DNA of 55,668 nt, filler included, from Sphacelaria rigidula (taxonomy: Eukaryota): assembly GCA_964200075.2 (NCBI GenBank). It is 6 parts of 6 records of this genome, joined end to end, with 100 filler letters (N's around TTAATTAATTAA, not from the genome) between each part and the next. Parts side by side here need not be neighbours in the genome. Positions count along the whole stretch, not along the records: positions 27,886 to 37,080 come from CAXNAA020009074.1; positions 37,181 to 46,374 come from CAXNAA020009075.1; positions 46,475 to 55,668 come from CAXNAA020009076.1; 3 more parts are not named here. One strand, 5' to 3'. A model generated the notes under the pieces. That model was not told where the DNA came from, did not search any database, and was given only the letters and a program-made list of their open reading frames with translations. Both the position numbers and the translations under genes were made by a program. Each line of letters starts with the position of its first letter. Positions within the stretch are counted from its first letter, which is position 1. Of this stretch, positions 34,179-48,215 are shown one piece after another.

Positions 34179-36454
34179 CTACGAAGTTGCAACATTTTGG
34201 GTACGTATGATACAAAAGAACAAGACGATACCACGAAACCTCGACGCCTGCTAGTACGGGCTGTATAACCGGTTTCTGACGATAGTGCAACCGGCTGGTC
34301 ATGGACTCCTTGAAGTTTCTCGGTGCTCACCTGTGGGGTCATGCCGGCGCTCTGTGGTGAAGAATGTTGTGTACAAGAGGTGAATTATGATTGGACCACG
34401 CACACGTTTACCTATATATGCGTACAAACATACTCAACCTAGACTATCGGTACTCGTCCCCTACTTGCGTGTTAAAGCAACATGGGCCGGTTCTCTTCCA
34501 GGGGAAATAACGTTACATTCGCTTTCATGCCCTATATTGTTTTGTGGACTCTGGACCGTTTTTCGGGGCTACTAGGCGTACTATGTTTCGCTTTAGGGGC
34601 GAGCGTTGTTGAAGGAGGACAGTTTCGCACAGCTGGTTCCTCAGGACTGAGCCTCCCCTGAAAGTCGTTATTGGTCAGCACTGAGCGTTCCCACGAAGAT
34701 TATGATTCTCGGGGAAGCGAACTTAGAATTCCCGGGCTAGCGACACTTCAAATTTCAAGATGAGACAACGAAAGACGATCATTGCGCAGATGACACCTCG
34801 TAGTGTGTGCCGTACTGAGCTTATGTACAGATCAGTTGCGACGTTGAGTTAAGGCATGAACTTCTTCGGCGTGAGGACCACTCTCGGAACAATATCACCA
34901 GTGACAATCCCGAAGAAAAACGTACTGCGGGGGGCGGTGGTTTCAGGGGTATTCGCATGATATGGGAACCAAACTTAATCTAAGATAATCACAGATTGAC
35001 CTCTTGCTCATTATACGATTGGGCGCAGACGAACCCTTTGAGCCGGGCCCGAAACGGACAAAAGCGTTTGGCCCACGTCCACACCACATTTACCCTCGAC
35101 ACCTTGTGCCAGAGTTTCCGGTGCAGCGGCGGGCTCGTGTGTGAAGGCATGGCCTAGTGAGTATTTATCTTGGAGCACAACCAAGAACAGATACACCGTA
35201 CAGTAGTTCAGGGAGTACAAGGCGATACGGCACGGTCTGGTCGTTGGTACTTTGGGAGTGGACTGGAGGCTGAGAGGGGGCAAGCGCGCGAGGGGGTCAA
35301 TTTGCGTTGCCAAACAACCCGATTTGTAAGCGGTAGCTTGAGTTAAACGTACGCACTACGGCACTGTACCGCGCCGTTATACTTATATGCTCGTGCCCTC
35401 TTCCCACGAACTAGCGACGTCGGCGTTAATAATGGCTTGTAAGTGTGCGCGGGATCTGTAAGGGCGAGAGGGTTCGAGATACACGTATGTATGTATCTCA
35501 CACGTCGTATACTAGAAGAAAAGACTGGACTTGACGTAGCCCTTGAGACTCACATATCTCGAACTTAGCTGGCACTGATATGCAGCACATTATTTTGACT
35601 CAAATCAAGGTTTGTCTTCTGTACGTGAAACATACGCGCGTGCCCTGACCCGCCGACCATGATATGTATAGCGTGGTTCCCCACGTAAGGTTAGCGTCCA
35701 CAATCTCTGGTGGTCAAGTTAGATGATGGAGGAAGTAGCCTCGTTACTGGTGTGCTGCGCAAGCGATCGGTGGAGTTTCAACGTGCCAACGCTGCTGCTG
35801 TGTTTTACTATTATCAATGTAGAGGCCGTCAATTTGCTCATGATCTGGACCCGTAGCTCAGCTATGGTGATTATGTCAGTCTGTCATCCCTTGAGCGAAA
35901 GATATCCATGTTCAGGCTGGATTTTATCGTGGTTATTTACCGTTGATCCCTTCTTGCGAAAAAAATAAGGCAAGTACCGCAGAAGGAAGGTGGAGTGTTG
36001 AAACGACTAAAGAAACTCCTGTGTTGACCTTCCTCCTGCGTGACCCCGGCTGATGCGCCCACTTGGTCTTGTGTTTCTCACGTTGACAATCTTGCAGTGC
36101 ATAGTTTCCTCCTTCTTTTGTCTCTTCCTCGAGTTCTTATTAGCGAGCGTTCCCATTTTTAGTCTTGAGTGCTTCTACTTTTTCACCACGACTAGATTCT
36201 TAGCGGTCCAGTTGATGTGTGGCGATGAATCACACGGAAAATCGATCGTATATCAATCGTCGAAAACTACCGTCTGTAGGTGCTCCGGCGACATCAGCAA
36301 CGAACGGATTCAGTACGCCGACGGTACTATGTGGGGGAAACAACTGAATGACAAGACGAGAGACGACCCGTAGCTATCGTTAAAGGCACCATAGTTTCAT
36401 TAAATACACCGTGCACATGACAGAAGACGATTTTCAGAGACGTAGAAGAGTGAT

Positions 36455-36946
36455 ACCGCGATAGCCCCCCAGGCCAACCCCAAAACTGTCACGAAGAAGA
36501 TGGCCATGCATCGCACGATAGCACGTTTCAGACTGCATATAGCCCTCATATGGGCGACATTGACAAACTCTATCCCAAGCGTGGGAGTTTCCCGCCGCTT
36601 GGTGTTATCAGCTCTTGTCATTTTGATTCATATGTGGATTTTGCATCGTAAAACCAGCCATCTCCCTGTGATACGATTGAGAGTGAGCAGCGGTCAACTA
36701 ATGAAAAAAATAGTGTCACTTCTGAAATGCCCCTCCGGGCCTTACACGAGGCCCAATACGCTTTCTGTAGTAGATGGCCACTGAAGCCTTTGATGTTCCT
36801 GAGTAGGATATCGACGTGTTGCTGTAAGCACACGACAGTGTTACATGCAGGGAGAACCACACAAAAAAAGAATAGTTGGTCAAGTGAGAGCGAGTAATGA
36901 AACTCACTCTCAATCAACGCCCGACTCTCAATCTCACGAAAACGTT
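36455..36946 (-). mobile_element. Older, longer relative of MITE family A fused to the 5610-5868 repeat
   Basis: CTCATATGGGCGACATTG...CCCAAGCGTGGGA matches MITE A (inverted) and is contiguous with the homolog of 5610-5868. Confidence 0.6.
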
Positions 36947-39057
36947 GGGTGTAGATACATGTAGATTCAGATTCACCGGAAATCGCCGAACGTGTAGAAA
37001 ACATTCACTATAGAACAACAAATTGTGCGAATTGAGGTTTAACTTCGAGATGAGGCTCAAGCCTAAAACAGTGCTTTCCCNNNNNNNNNNNNNNNNNNNN
37101 NNNNNNNNNNNNNNNNNNNNNNNNTTAATTAATTAANNNNNNNNNNNNNNNNNNNNNNNNNNNNNNNNNNNNNNNNNNNNCAGTAGGTAAAGAAATGGAA
37201 CCATATTTCAAAGATTCAGTGTGGATACGAAGATTTTAATGTTCCGGGTTCTCATCCTCAATGAAAAGCACCATCCCCAACATAGATGATCGGCTGTTTT
37301 AACTTTAATTTTTTTTTACGTGATGAACGTGAATTGAACGTAACGTTAAATTTTCGAATGTAACGTCAACGTAACATTCATTTTTTTTTCACGTGACCCA
37401 CGTCACGTAACGTGAACGTGAACATGTAAGGTGTACAGCCCTGGAAAATTTCTCTCGACAGACCCTTGACGGTATAGGAATTAGTAGACATGGGGTTTTA
37501 TTAATGAGAAAATAGTTTGGCCTAGACTTTTGAGCAGATGGGCACCTTCCCCTTGATGAGACGATTAATTCGATGTGCAGATCACGGCCCAACTCGTCTG
37601 TGTCGATGAGATGTTGCTTTGAGAGCTCAAACCCGTTTCTTGGCTGGCCCAGGTCGTACTGTAGTGTACCACGTTCTGGGAAGACGTACCCTATTGGATG
37701 GGGATTCGTCCACAGGGGTTGGTTGGAGTCAAGGTTCATGATGGTATCACTGCTGTTGTTGAGGCACGACGTCATCAGACCTTCTCGGTCTGCATAACTA
37801 TCTCCTTCATTACAAATAAGTGATGCGTATCGAAACGGTTGAAAACGTGTATGATGAAGCAATGGGTTGATCAGGCGACATGTGGGGATGCTTCAAAATC
37901 GCCGAAGGATCCGGATCATGATCCGGATCAGTATACTGGTGAGAAAGAGTGATTTTCAGACAGACCATGCGAAATCGTGTTTGTCGATTTCTCCACATGT
38001 CAACGCAGTAGCACTTACAGGATCGCCTCATCCAGACACCTCGAAGGGTGTTGGTGCGAGAGTGACGTTTGTTTAATCAAGTATGTACATAGCAGAAGCC
38101 GTTCACAGAACACATATATGTCCCGTCACAAAAACGTGAAGGGGGTGACTGTTCGTCCCGGGAGATGCTACAACGTACGGTAGAACATCGGAATAGCGGT
38201 CTCTGTGGGACAAGTGTCAGTGTCCTAATACGACCATCGACGCAATAATGTGCTACTGGACCAGAATGAATCTGCAATAAAGGTACTGTATGGCATTCCA
38301 TTTCCAATACTGGCACACACACACCAAACACAAGCGTGTGAGTTCACAAAAACAGTCACGGGCCGCTCTTGTTGCCTTGTGAAGCATCATTTCCATGACG
38401 AACGATGTTGGGCTGGAGGAATGGATTGTCGATGCCGGTATGTCTGAACAATGTCGCCAACAGTCAACATGAATTCCGGCTTCCGTTTTGAAGATCAAGG
38501 AAGGTTCTGCATATCTTCAGTGCGGAGATGGAATTTTGCCCGATTGATAATGATGACCATTTTTTAGTCGCAGGTTAGTGGAAATACTCAAACAATCAAT
38601 CAATCCCAAGACCTGCACAGGTTGTAGGCTTCTAGGTTCAGCGCGTCGTAGTGGTTGCGGGGCAGCTTTACAACGTAATTATTAGTCTCTTGACAACAGT
38701 GTTGTTATTTGTCGCGCCCGGTGCCTGTGCTATTGTCGTAGGAGCAGGACACGGGGGAGATAGGGCAAGAAGGGGAGGCTGTTAAAGAATGCTTCTTCAT
38801 CTAGTTGGATGCTTGCCTCACTAGATAGTAGAGAGCATAAAAGTCGCACAAGATACCACCCTGTCGGTGGTATTTGCATCAGCGATCACACGCCTTTTCT
38901 CGCCGGTTGCACTTGTACTGAGCACTGTACACAGTACTGTTGTGTTGTAATCGAAATTAAAGACCGAGCACGACGTGACCGACAGAAAATCAAGAGAGGT
39001 TTACATCAAGAACGTGGTGAGGGTGTCGCTCCACAAGCAGCCACGACGGGGAGAACA

Positions 39058-39279
39058 ATGACTGGCCCGACAACTCCTCCCGAGGGGGACACTGACAACG
39101 ATGGCTCTCCGCGTTGGTGCGCGCAAGAGTGCTGCAAACGCAGGCCGTTTTATGGGAAGCCAGGAGGTGCTCCTCTGTACTGTGCTCAACACTCTCGGAA
39201 ATCAGAGGGAATGGTGGATGTCAGCTCCAGGCGGTGCGAGGCGGTGGGTTGTGCCAAATGGCCTCTGTACGGACACGAG
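39058..39279 (+). CDS. EsV-1-7-type cysteine-rich repeat protein, first coding exon
   Basis: MTGPTTPPEG...RWCAQECCKRRPFYGKPGGAPLYCAQHSRKSEGMVDVSSRRCEAVGCAKWPLYGHE matches the C-x4-C-x3-P-x-YG...C-x2-H...GMV-V...C repeat. Ends at a GAG|GTGAGC donor. Downstream exons not resolved. Confidence 0.85.
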
Positions 39280-42200
39280 GTGAGCTCTGGTTTAGAAGGA
39301 TGAAGGGAACTGCTGTTATGTTGCCCGGTTGATGATGAATGTCACAGGAGCAACCCTGCGTTTTTTTGCTTGGGTGATGGTTCGGGTTCCGCTGGGCCGC
39401 ATGATATGGGGTCAATGAATGAGGGTTAGCTTCACCCGCACCCGCGACTTTTTGTATGCACTTTTTTCATGTTTCCTGCTTGGTGTGGTTTTCGCCTCAA
39501 AATGCAGGAGTTGATGCTGGGTCCATATGTTCTGTTTTTTGCGAGCACTGCACCGCACGCGTTGTGTACTGTCGTACTGTACTCGACCGCCATCTGACGG
39601 CGTGTTTGATAAGTTGCGTCGTATTGCGTCCGCAGGGGCGAAATAGCGCAGAGTAACGCCATGTACTATCTGGACGGTACAAGCCCAGTGCAGTTGTATA
39701 ACAAGATAAGATACGGTACATATCAACATAACAAGACGACAGGCTGCACTCTAGATGATACATATCGTACAGTGCAACGAATCAACGAGCAGCAGACGCT
39801 AGAGAAGATAGTATGTGCCAACGCAGGAATCCTGAAACCCCGAAAAATATAAGCAGACCGGGGTGATCCGATCCGATCAAAACATGCCGTGAATGATAAT
39901 GCATCATTTACTGTTCTACCTCTATCGTACTCCGTCTCCACTTTTTGTCCTGAAGCTGAGACCTGGGACCTCCACGACAATATCGCTGTTTTTCATCCCA
40001 CCCCGGAAAATTCAAGGCTTTTCTAGGCTTTCTCTTGAGCACTAAGTTGCACCCCCCCCCTGTGCTCAGTATTGTACAATCTTATGGCCATGCAGCAACG
40101 TAATCCACGTCCTGTAATAGTGAGTCAATGCTCCGCCATGTAGTGCGGCGCTTTCTTTTCGTCGGGATTTGCTGAGGTTGACACCGACCCGTCACCAACA
40201 TGGCAGACATGTTCTCGCTCTCTCACAGTTGTTGTTTGCTGATAAAATTGACCGCTCTCGTGCAAATGCGAAATCAGTGGCATTCGTTGTTCAGTTGCGT
40301 CAGTCTATAGCTCAACGAGGGCCGTATCGTCCGGCCAACAACACGTGCCAACAACATCATTGTATTATTTCCAGGGGAAAAACGTTTAGTCGGTAAGGCT
40401 TAGGCAAGCTTGTGTGCCCAGAGCTCCAGTGTTTTGTGGCAAGAGTCTGGGGCTATTTCTCTACAGATGATGACATCGTACATACCGCCTGTAGTGCCAA
40501 ACTTCACCAAGATGAGTGTGCTTCATGTATCTGTTATTCGTGTTTCTCTTGTAAGCGACCGTTTTTCTTGCATTTTCAACCATAGTAAATTCACGCCCGT
40601 ATTTGTAGTACCAACAACCATTGCGCGATCGTTATGGAGTCAGTTCTTCGAATAGTACATCCAGCATTCTTGGACTCGACAAGCGAACAGAAAGCGGGAT
40701 TCAAGGAAGCGTATTTACATGTGTGTTGCGCTGCCCCCGCCCCTTGCGCAGCACGTATGAATGTAAGGCATCATGTCACCACTCAGGTACTTCCCCCGAC
40801 AGCCAATCGAGGTGTTTCCTATGCCCTATGCATCTTACCTTGCCCTGGCGCAATGGAAGATACTTTTAGCTGTTTTCCGCTCAAATTTGCCGCCTAGCCT
40901 CGAAATGGCAGCAGTCCAATTGTCCGTCTATCTTGTTGCAACGACCCGAAGCTCATCAACTTCGGCTCACAAGCCCTCGGTCAGGTATCGTTGTAGGGGT
41001 AAAGCACATACATTTTCATATCTGTGGAAGCATCATGAATCCAGCAGACTGGCATCACGAGAAAACGGCAGGGAGTTACTCATGTGCGGTACACGAAGGA
41101 AATGCTCTCCTGTCACCGCAGCAGACACGACACGATAATCGCAAATGTGCAATGGAGTTCCTTCGTGCCCTGTCCCTGTCCATGTTGGAGGAACAGAAAG
41201 GAGATCATGAATTGTTATCTATAGATGCGCATGATCAACAACGCTGTGCATGAACAGTTTGGTGAGTACAGTTGACGAAGAACTTTCGCGTTGTTGCGCT
41301 CACTCCGAAACCCTTCAGAAAGGTTGATAACATGAAATGTCTAGTCTATCCCGATGGATAAAACCCTGCCCGCGCGGAGTGTGCTGGCGATCAGCATACT
41401 CTTATCTCCCATATTATTACTTTTATACGGCTCCATCATCACTCCAATGGCCGTCGAGCGTTCGGTTGCTACGGCGAGCAGTCATGCGGTATTTACTGTT
41501 GTTGAGTTGCGCACTCGCGGCAACCGACAACGAGGTATCATCGTTCGGAGGTGCTGCCCGGAGCAATCTTTTTTTTTGAATGAGTGGAGACATCTCCGGA
41601 AACTTGGGTGCGCGTGCCCAGACGCTAACATCCATGATTCGTCGCCACTGTCTGTTGTTGTAGCTGATTCGGTACTTGGTTATACAGGACTAACTGTCGA
41701 GGATGAAGATGTTCTGACTCTATTTACTTGCACATGTTCTGGCCATGGCGGTCGTACCGACGACATCATATCGTTCCTCAACGTACCTGCAGATAGGCCG
41801 TACCGAAATGGTCGATAGATTCGCCGGTTTGATGCGAGCCTACATTTCCGATCCGCGCGTTCCGTTGTGCATATACGACACCGACTTTATCGCATGTGTT
41901 GCAACTGTACTTCCATACAACAGTAGGGCTGTTGTGTTTTTTGTGGGGATCAAACGTTGGGATTGTGGTGCTGCTGTCCATTTCATTCCCCCCTTCCCCC
42001 GGGTTCTGCACGTCTGAGTTTTGCGTTGCGAAACACAATATACTGTAGCGCAGGTGTTGCTGCACTATCATCACCCTGTATCATGAGAAGCAATTTCGAG
42101 TAACAATGACACTGCTGTGCTAAGCAGCTGTATCCGTTTCCTTTGATTCTGCGACGGTGAACCCGTCTGTAGCTTTTTGTTTCTGCTGGTGATGGTTGCT

Positions 42201-45049
42201 GCGAACGTTGGTGCAGACTCAAGTGCCTAACCCCAAAGAACACGGTCAGCAGGACCGCGATTTTTGCTAGAGGTACTCCGGATGATGAGTGTCCGTGCGG
42301 ACAGCACCCTACTGTACTCTAGTCTGCTACTCGCATTTGCTGCCTGTACTGACTGAGAAGTGACAGGTTCTCTATGCTGTTCGCCACGAATTCTGCTGTA
42401 TAAGCAACCACCTGTGTACTGAACAGACTACCGAAGTCGTGGAGCGATGGTGTATGAGGCAACAGTTCCTTTGTATTAAACATGGATCCTCGATATACTT
42501 TTCATCTCTACGGGCAGGAACGCATGCACATAAGGCCCACCTTGTCAAGGATTCCTCGACCCCCCCCCCTCCCCACCTAGCTTTCCCAATAATAGTATGC
42601 ATCGGTCAGTCAGCTTAAGGGCTATTGCACTGTTGTGCCGTAGTACATTTCAAGTAGGAGCACGGTTACTACACAAACATATAATGACGGCTGAGCAGTG
42701 TATAGATATTAATTCGGGGGAACCCATGACTGGTGAACTATTTTTGGGGGGTACATGCTCATCCCTATATCTTACACCCTTTGCAAGTCGTGCACGCTCG
42801 CCGTCACCACTGCTGCGATCTGCGCCAAGAACTTACTGTTTTCGCAGTCTTGATATACGTGAAACGTGGTGCTTGCATGGAGCATGTCTTGATCCGCTCT
42901 CCTGCACGCATACCACATCGTCTAAATTGTACCCTTTTGATCGCACTCCTGTTGCTCCCCTATACTCATGTTACATTATAAAACACCGCCCAAGTGCTTC
43001 CCCTATCAGCGGATGAAAAAGATAAGGCAGCTAAAATAAATACAAAGTATACGAAATAATTTAACGTAGTCTGTGCGCCGTTGCCCTCCAGTGCGCCCGT
43101 TACAGTGTAGTCTGCAGCATGTTTGTTTCTATATCTGCGTAGGGGCTCACAACAACGGTGCATTACAGTGTGGAGCCATCCTGACAGTTTGAGAGGGGAA
43201 CGGCATGTGGCGCACATGCAGCTTTCTTTTCATGCGCTTCAATGGTTGAGTGGTCGTTGCCGACGTGGTGAAGATGATGAAACTATCAAAATATCAGCAT
43301 CACTTCTATCGTCAAGCGCCAAGCCGGCAGTATTGGGCAAATCTGTTAGCCTGGACTTCGGGATACCAAAGTAGTATACCTTTACAGGCTGGTTCACACA
43401 TGTCACCCAAAATTCACTCATCAGTAAATGTCTTCCGCAATACGTACCCAATACAAGAGTCGCGTGCATGGTATCGTACTGGTCGCGATGGACAACAGAA
43501 GAGGGTAACACAGCCAGATGTTTTATCAAGGCCATATTGGTGGCGCTAGGGACGAATATTACCTCGATCGATCAGCGGTCTTTAGATTTTTCAGAAATTG
43601 AAAATGCGAGTTTCCAACTCAATTTCTAAACAATATCCACATCCTTGAAACCGTAGTGACCGCCGTCAGCTAGGGAATACGACGGGGGAATACAGATTTC
43701 GAAACGGCGACGAATCAGAGTTGTTCCTTTTCCATAATATGGAGGCAAATCACTCGGAGACGTGTACATTCCAGTAGGTTGAATCATGCTTCATAGTTCC
43801 AATTATCTTATGCCCAGAGAAGAGGCCATGGCGGGAAGAGCGGTGGGCACTGTCAGCATTAACAGCTGACTGCACGAGCTACCTCCCACGGTGGAGAAAG
43901 CGGCATCACGCACGAGATCCGTCATCGCACACATCGCAAGCGCTTGATACAGAAAGGTGTCAAGATCCGCTAGAGCAGGGCGAACTTGATGCAGGATTCT
44001 CTACATCCGTGTCTCAGTCTGTGCGTATTGGTGTTCGAACGAAGTTATATCGACTATACTGCTTGCAGTCCGTGTTTGACACTGCGTACCGACCGCAGGG
44101 GTGACGCGTTGGGCGGTTGTACCTTGTCACCGATGAGCGGTAGGGTGCAGGGTGGCCCTGCAAACCGCAGCTTGTCACATCCTCATTTTATCCCTGTGCT
44201 GTAGCGATACCTCGCTGTCTTCTGCACTTCGCCACAATATGAGCGCAGACACATATTATGGTGCCCCCCGTACACGAGGGATACCACCCCCCGCTATGCC
44301 ACAGTTTGTATAGCTGTCCGTGTTGCAGCTAAGCTTGCCCCAGGTGGCGCACGCAGGAGTGGAAGACCGCCTCTGCTGCTATAATGCTGCTTGTATGTTG
44401 GGCGAAGCTGTATTGTAACACGATCGCTATGGCGCGGAAGCTGCCTGTAACATGTCACACACCGTGGAGATCTCTACACAGCCTCGAGATGTACTGTGCG
44501 TAGTTACCGACTACACGTACGACTATAGCGCAAACTGCGGTAGGCATTGGATTCCATACTGTGCGCGGTATACTTTTCAACCTTATATACGCACTGACTA
44601 ATGAAATATTTTGCCCAGTGTGTCGTACATTTCCACATGTAACGTCGATGTTGCGCGATGAGATCGTGACATGATCCGCGACATGTGAGCGAAGGCTAAG
44701 TACTGTGGGGCAATCGCCAAAGTATCCACGTGCAAACTCCCCCGCCTGTAAGTTGATACCGCTAGAAGAACATCACTACAAAAGACCGTTGGAATTGGCA
44801 GGCTCAGACGGATCAAAGTGAGTTGGCATCATTGTGATCGCTTTGTACTCGGCTTTCGAATTTGTGCATCAATAAAAGCCTTGTGCACAGGGCGGGGGGG
44901 AGCATTTTTCCAAAATGCCAGCCACCCCGAATGTAAGTGGTCACGTATCATGATTCATATGTGATTCAATTTAATTCAATGATGTGATTGGACATTATTT
45001 CGCTCCGACAAAACACATATTCCCTTGACTCGGAATATTCCGCATTTTT

Positions 45050-45670
45050 TAAGTGAAAGTGATGCCGAATGCAACCCCTAGACGGCGAAGTAGTCCATCT
45101 GGGTCGTCTGGATTTTTTTTAAGTGAAAATGACGACGAATCAAGAGATCACCTTTTCTCCCCATCAAAGGGTCAACCCTTTGACCACGAGTGTAGGCCAT
45201 CTGTCGAATTGGCACCTTTTACATCTGACATCTACTAAGCAAATGGTCCCGATTCAACATATGACCCACCCTCGCCGTCAAGGAGTACGCGTGGTCCAGA
45301 TGGACTAACCACCGCGGTCCAAGGGTTAATTAACCCTTTGACCGCGAGAGTAGGACATCTGTCGAATCGGCACCAATATCCCCCGAAAAAAGTTGGTGTG
45401 ATCCAGATGGACTACCCTGGCGGTCTAAGGGTCAGGGGTTGACTTTTAGACCGTGACGTAAGTCCATCCGGGTCATGCACACTTATGTCAAGTGAAATTG
45501 ATGCCGATTACACAGATGACCTACTGTCGCTTTCATGGGCCGTTTGGGCACCCATTGACGATTTTTGTTTTTGTGAATCGGCATCATTGGCCGTATGAGG
45601 GTCAACCTTTTCGACTTGATGTTGATGCCGGTTCAGCAGATGACCAACCCTCGCGGCCTAAGGGTTATAA
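45050..45670. repeat. Repeat patch with reiterated direct and inverted motifs (probable TE subterminal region)
   Basis: Recurrent AAGTGAAA(A/T)TGA.G.CGA, TCCATC(T/C)GGGTC / CCAGATGGACT, AAGGGTCAACCC and CCTTTGACC.CGAG.GTAGG.CATCTGTCGAAT. Confidence 0.55.
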
Positions 45671-45717
45671 AACCTCCACGAGCTGGGCCAGCCTAAAGGC
45701 GGATTTGAAGTCTGCAG

Positions 45718-45909
45718 GCCCATGCTCTTTCATATGTTTGGAGTTGGACCCTGAAATTTGGTATGGACAATGCATAGGGCATAAAATAAAACGTTTTTAA
45801 TGCACAGAAGAAAAAGTTTTGGAACCGACGTTTCTTTTTTTATGCCTTATACATTTTGTCCATACCAAATTTCAGGGTCCAACTCTAAATATATGAAAAA
45901 GCATGGGTC
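45718..45909. repeat. Long inverted repeat (~75-bp arms, ~35-bp loop)
   Basis: CCCATGCTCTTTCATATGTTTGGAGTTGGACCCTGAAATTTGGTATGGACAA... pairs with ...TTGTCCATACCAAATTTCAGGGTCCAACTCTAAATATATGAAAAAGCATGGG. Confidence 0.9.
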
Positions 45910-47569
45910 CATCAAAAGTCGGGTCGGTAGAAATTCGGAACAGTATTTCGCAGACCACTCACCGGCCCACGTTTGGTTTTCGCGTATCGAAATTTTGTTT
46001 GGGCGCTCTCGAAGGCATAATTAACAAAAAAATTGGGTTGGGTCATTTTTTTTCATTTTTTTTCACTGGTTTATGGCTTTCTACTATGGTGAAGACCATT
46101 TCTTCACGAGAACGCCCTAACCCCTATATATAAAATAATGAAAGCCCTCTTTTTTTTGTTCGGCACTCTTTTGTGGTTATCCACACCAAAATTCGTCGCC
46201 ATCCGCTGAAGGCATCGATCGGGATTTTCCTGGAGATTTTAGTATTGGCGCTATCTCCGTTAGGTATAGGAATTACTAGACATGGGGTTAGTCAACGAGA
46301 AAATATGGACTCAAACTTTGGAGCAGATGGGCACCTTCCCCTTGACTAGACGATCAATACGATATGCGGATCACNNNNNNNNNNNNNNNNNNNNNNNNNN
46401 NNNNNNNNNNNNNNNNNNTTAATTAATTAANNNNNNNNNNNNNNNNNNNNNNNNNNNNNNNNNNNNNNNNNNNNGTGCCACGACCCTGAGCCCATGGGGC
46501 CCACGAAGTAATTGCTCTCCAAACCCGCCACCACCGAAAGGTGCGGGGTATGCCATATACAGCCCAGCCGCACAGCGTGAATCGCTTTTTCTTCGTCAAC
46601 GTCGTGTACATCATCCTCACTTGTTCCACGATACTCGGCACTTGTGCTAATTGTTTGAATATTCTCTGATCCTTCGTTTTTGCGATATGTGAATAAAAGG
46701 GTTAAGTGGGGTTGTTGTTGTGGGTGACGCCCGCAACTACAGCCACTTTTCGTGTTCTTGACTGCTGATGTTGAGAAGGACGGTGAAGGTGGGGTGGAGC
46801 GTAGTGGGCGTGTGCTTCCCGAGTGCAACAGCTAAACAATACAAGCACACAACACTATATCAGTGCAGTCGCTGAAGCAACTACATTTCCGCGACACCGA
46901 CCACTCGCAGGCTTGTAAATATGTACTCAAGTTAAGGTCCATTCCATATGAGCGAGATCGTCATTCGGAGATGACGTCTGTATCTGTGATTGATATGATT
47001 GGCTCGATTACGAGTCATCTTTCTGCAGTGGATAGTGGTCGATCCATTTCACAGATATATAGTGCCCCAAATCGGGCCCCATTCACCCCCCATAACAGTA
47101 GAATGTCCTTTTTTTATTTCCCAATGTTCTGTATTTATCTTTTTTATTTATTTATTCTTGGTACATACCAACATGCATCCCCCTACCTAATAGTATTAAC
47201 GCTCCTCCTTCATGCGTGCCCTGCATAAATGTTTTGTAAGACTGAAAACCCCAAGGAAGCCAAGGGTTATAACCAAAACGTACACAAAGGAGGTAAATAT
47301 GTTGGAGAAACCGGGTCAAGCATAGACCAACCACAACAAAAACCGAACAAAACAACTCAATCAGAGGCTTCCCAGCAAACACTAGGTACCCTGCACATGA
47401 AAATAAACTCCTCCTCCAAGAGTGCTGACTGCTCCGCGTATGGGTCACGTACCGATGCCGACCTCCCCATCCTTTCTACTTTCCGCAGTCCGCTCCTCGC
47501 CCTCGGTGTAGTCGCTGCACCGAGCATAGCTCCGTCACAAAATCCAAGCCGACCCGAGCTCCATCAAAT

Positions 47570-47975
47570 GTTGTGGGCGAAATGTTTTGTGGTTTTCTTC
47601 GAGTTATGACATTGGAAACATCAGTCTCCCGGCTTTCCCCGCGAGACCTTCAAATGATCTCTCCTCAAATGCACACTATAACGTTTCCCCAGGTCCAACA
47701 TTCGCAAGGTATGCGGCAACGGAAGTTGATCCGGATTGTCTTGCAGACCAGCCACTTCAGCCAGATGCCAACCGTCCTTGTTGGTTTTGTAATAGATATA
47801 GCAGCCGATTATGTCAGGGTGATATACATCGGGCCCTCGTACTTCATCGTCCGTCAAAATATAACTCGGCGGCACATCGATCCCCTTTCACCCGCGCGAC
47901 CAGCCTCTATACCATACTGGTTCTGTACTTGCAGTACCTGGCATTCTGACCTCCAGCCTGCACCGGGTTTACCAT
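47570..47975 (-). pseudogene. Extra C-terminal domain after the chromodomain (unknown, Tudor/SH3-like pattern)
   Basis: ...PDIIGCYIYYKTNKDGWHLAEVAGLQDNPDQLPLPHTLRMLDLGKRYSVHL... follows the chromodomain across a few stops and a frameshift. Confidence 0.55.
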
Positions 47976-48215
47976 CTAGTATGTCAAGATTACCTCGTTC
48001 CCGTATTGCTCGAGATCCTCTTCACTTTCCCATCTCTTGTTCTCACAGTTGTCCCAGGTGGTGTAATACTGCACGATGGTCTCACCCCCCAACCCTCGTG
48101 ACATCCGATGTTCACTGATGCTGACCGGCGTGACTCGGAATGTATCGAGTTCTAGGTTGACATCTTCGGCCGTCAAGTGCAAATGCGGTGAACGTTCCGA
48201 ATTTTTGTTGAGCAC
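47976..48215 (-). pseudogene. Integrase-associated chromodomain
   Basis: PVSISEHRMSRGLGGETIVQYYTTWDNCENKRWESEEDLEQYGNEVILTY matches I..hR.....qYlv.W.....tWE.e..L. Confidence 0.8.
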
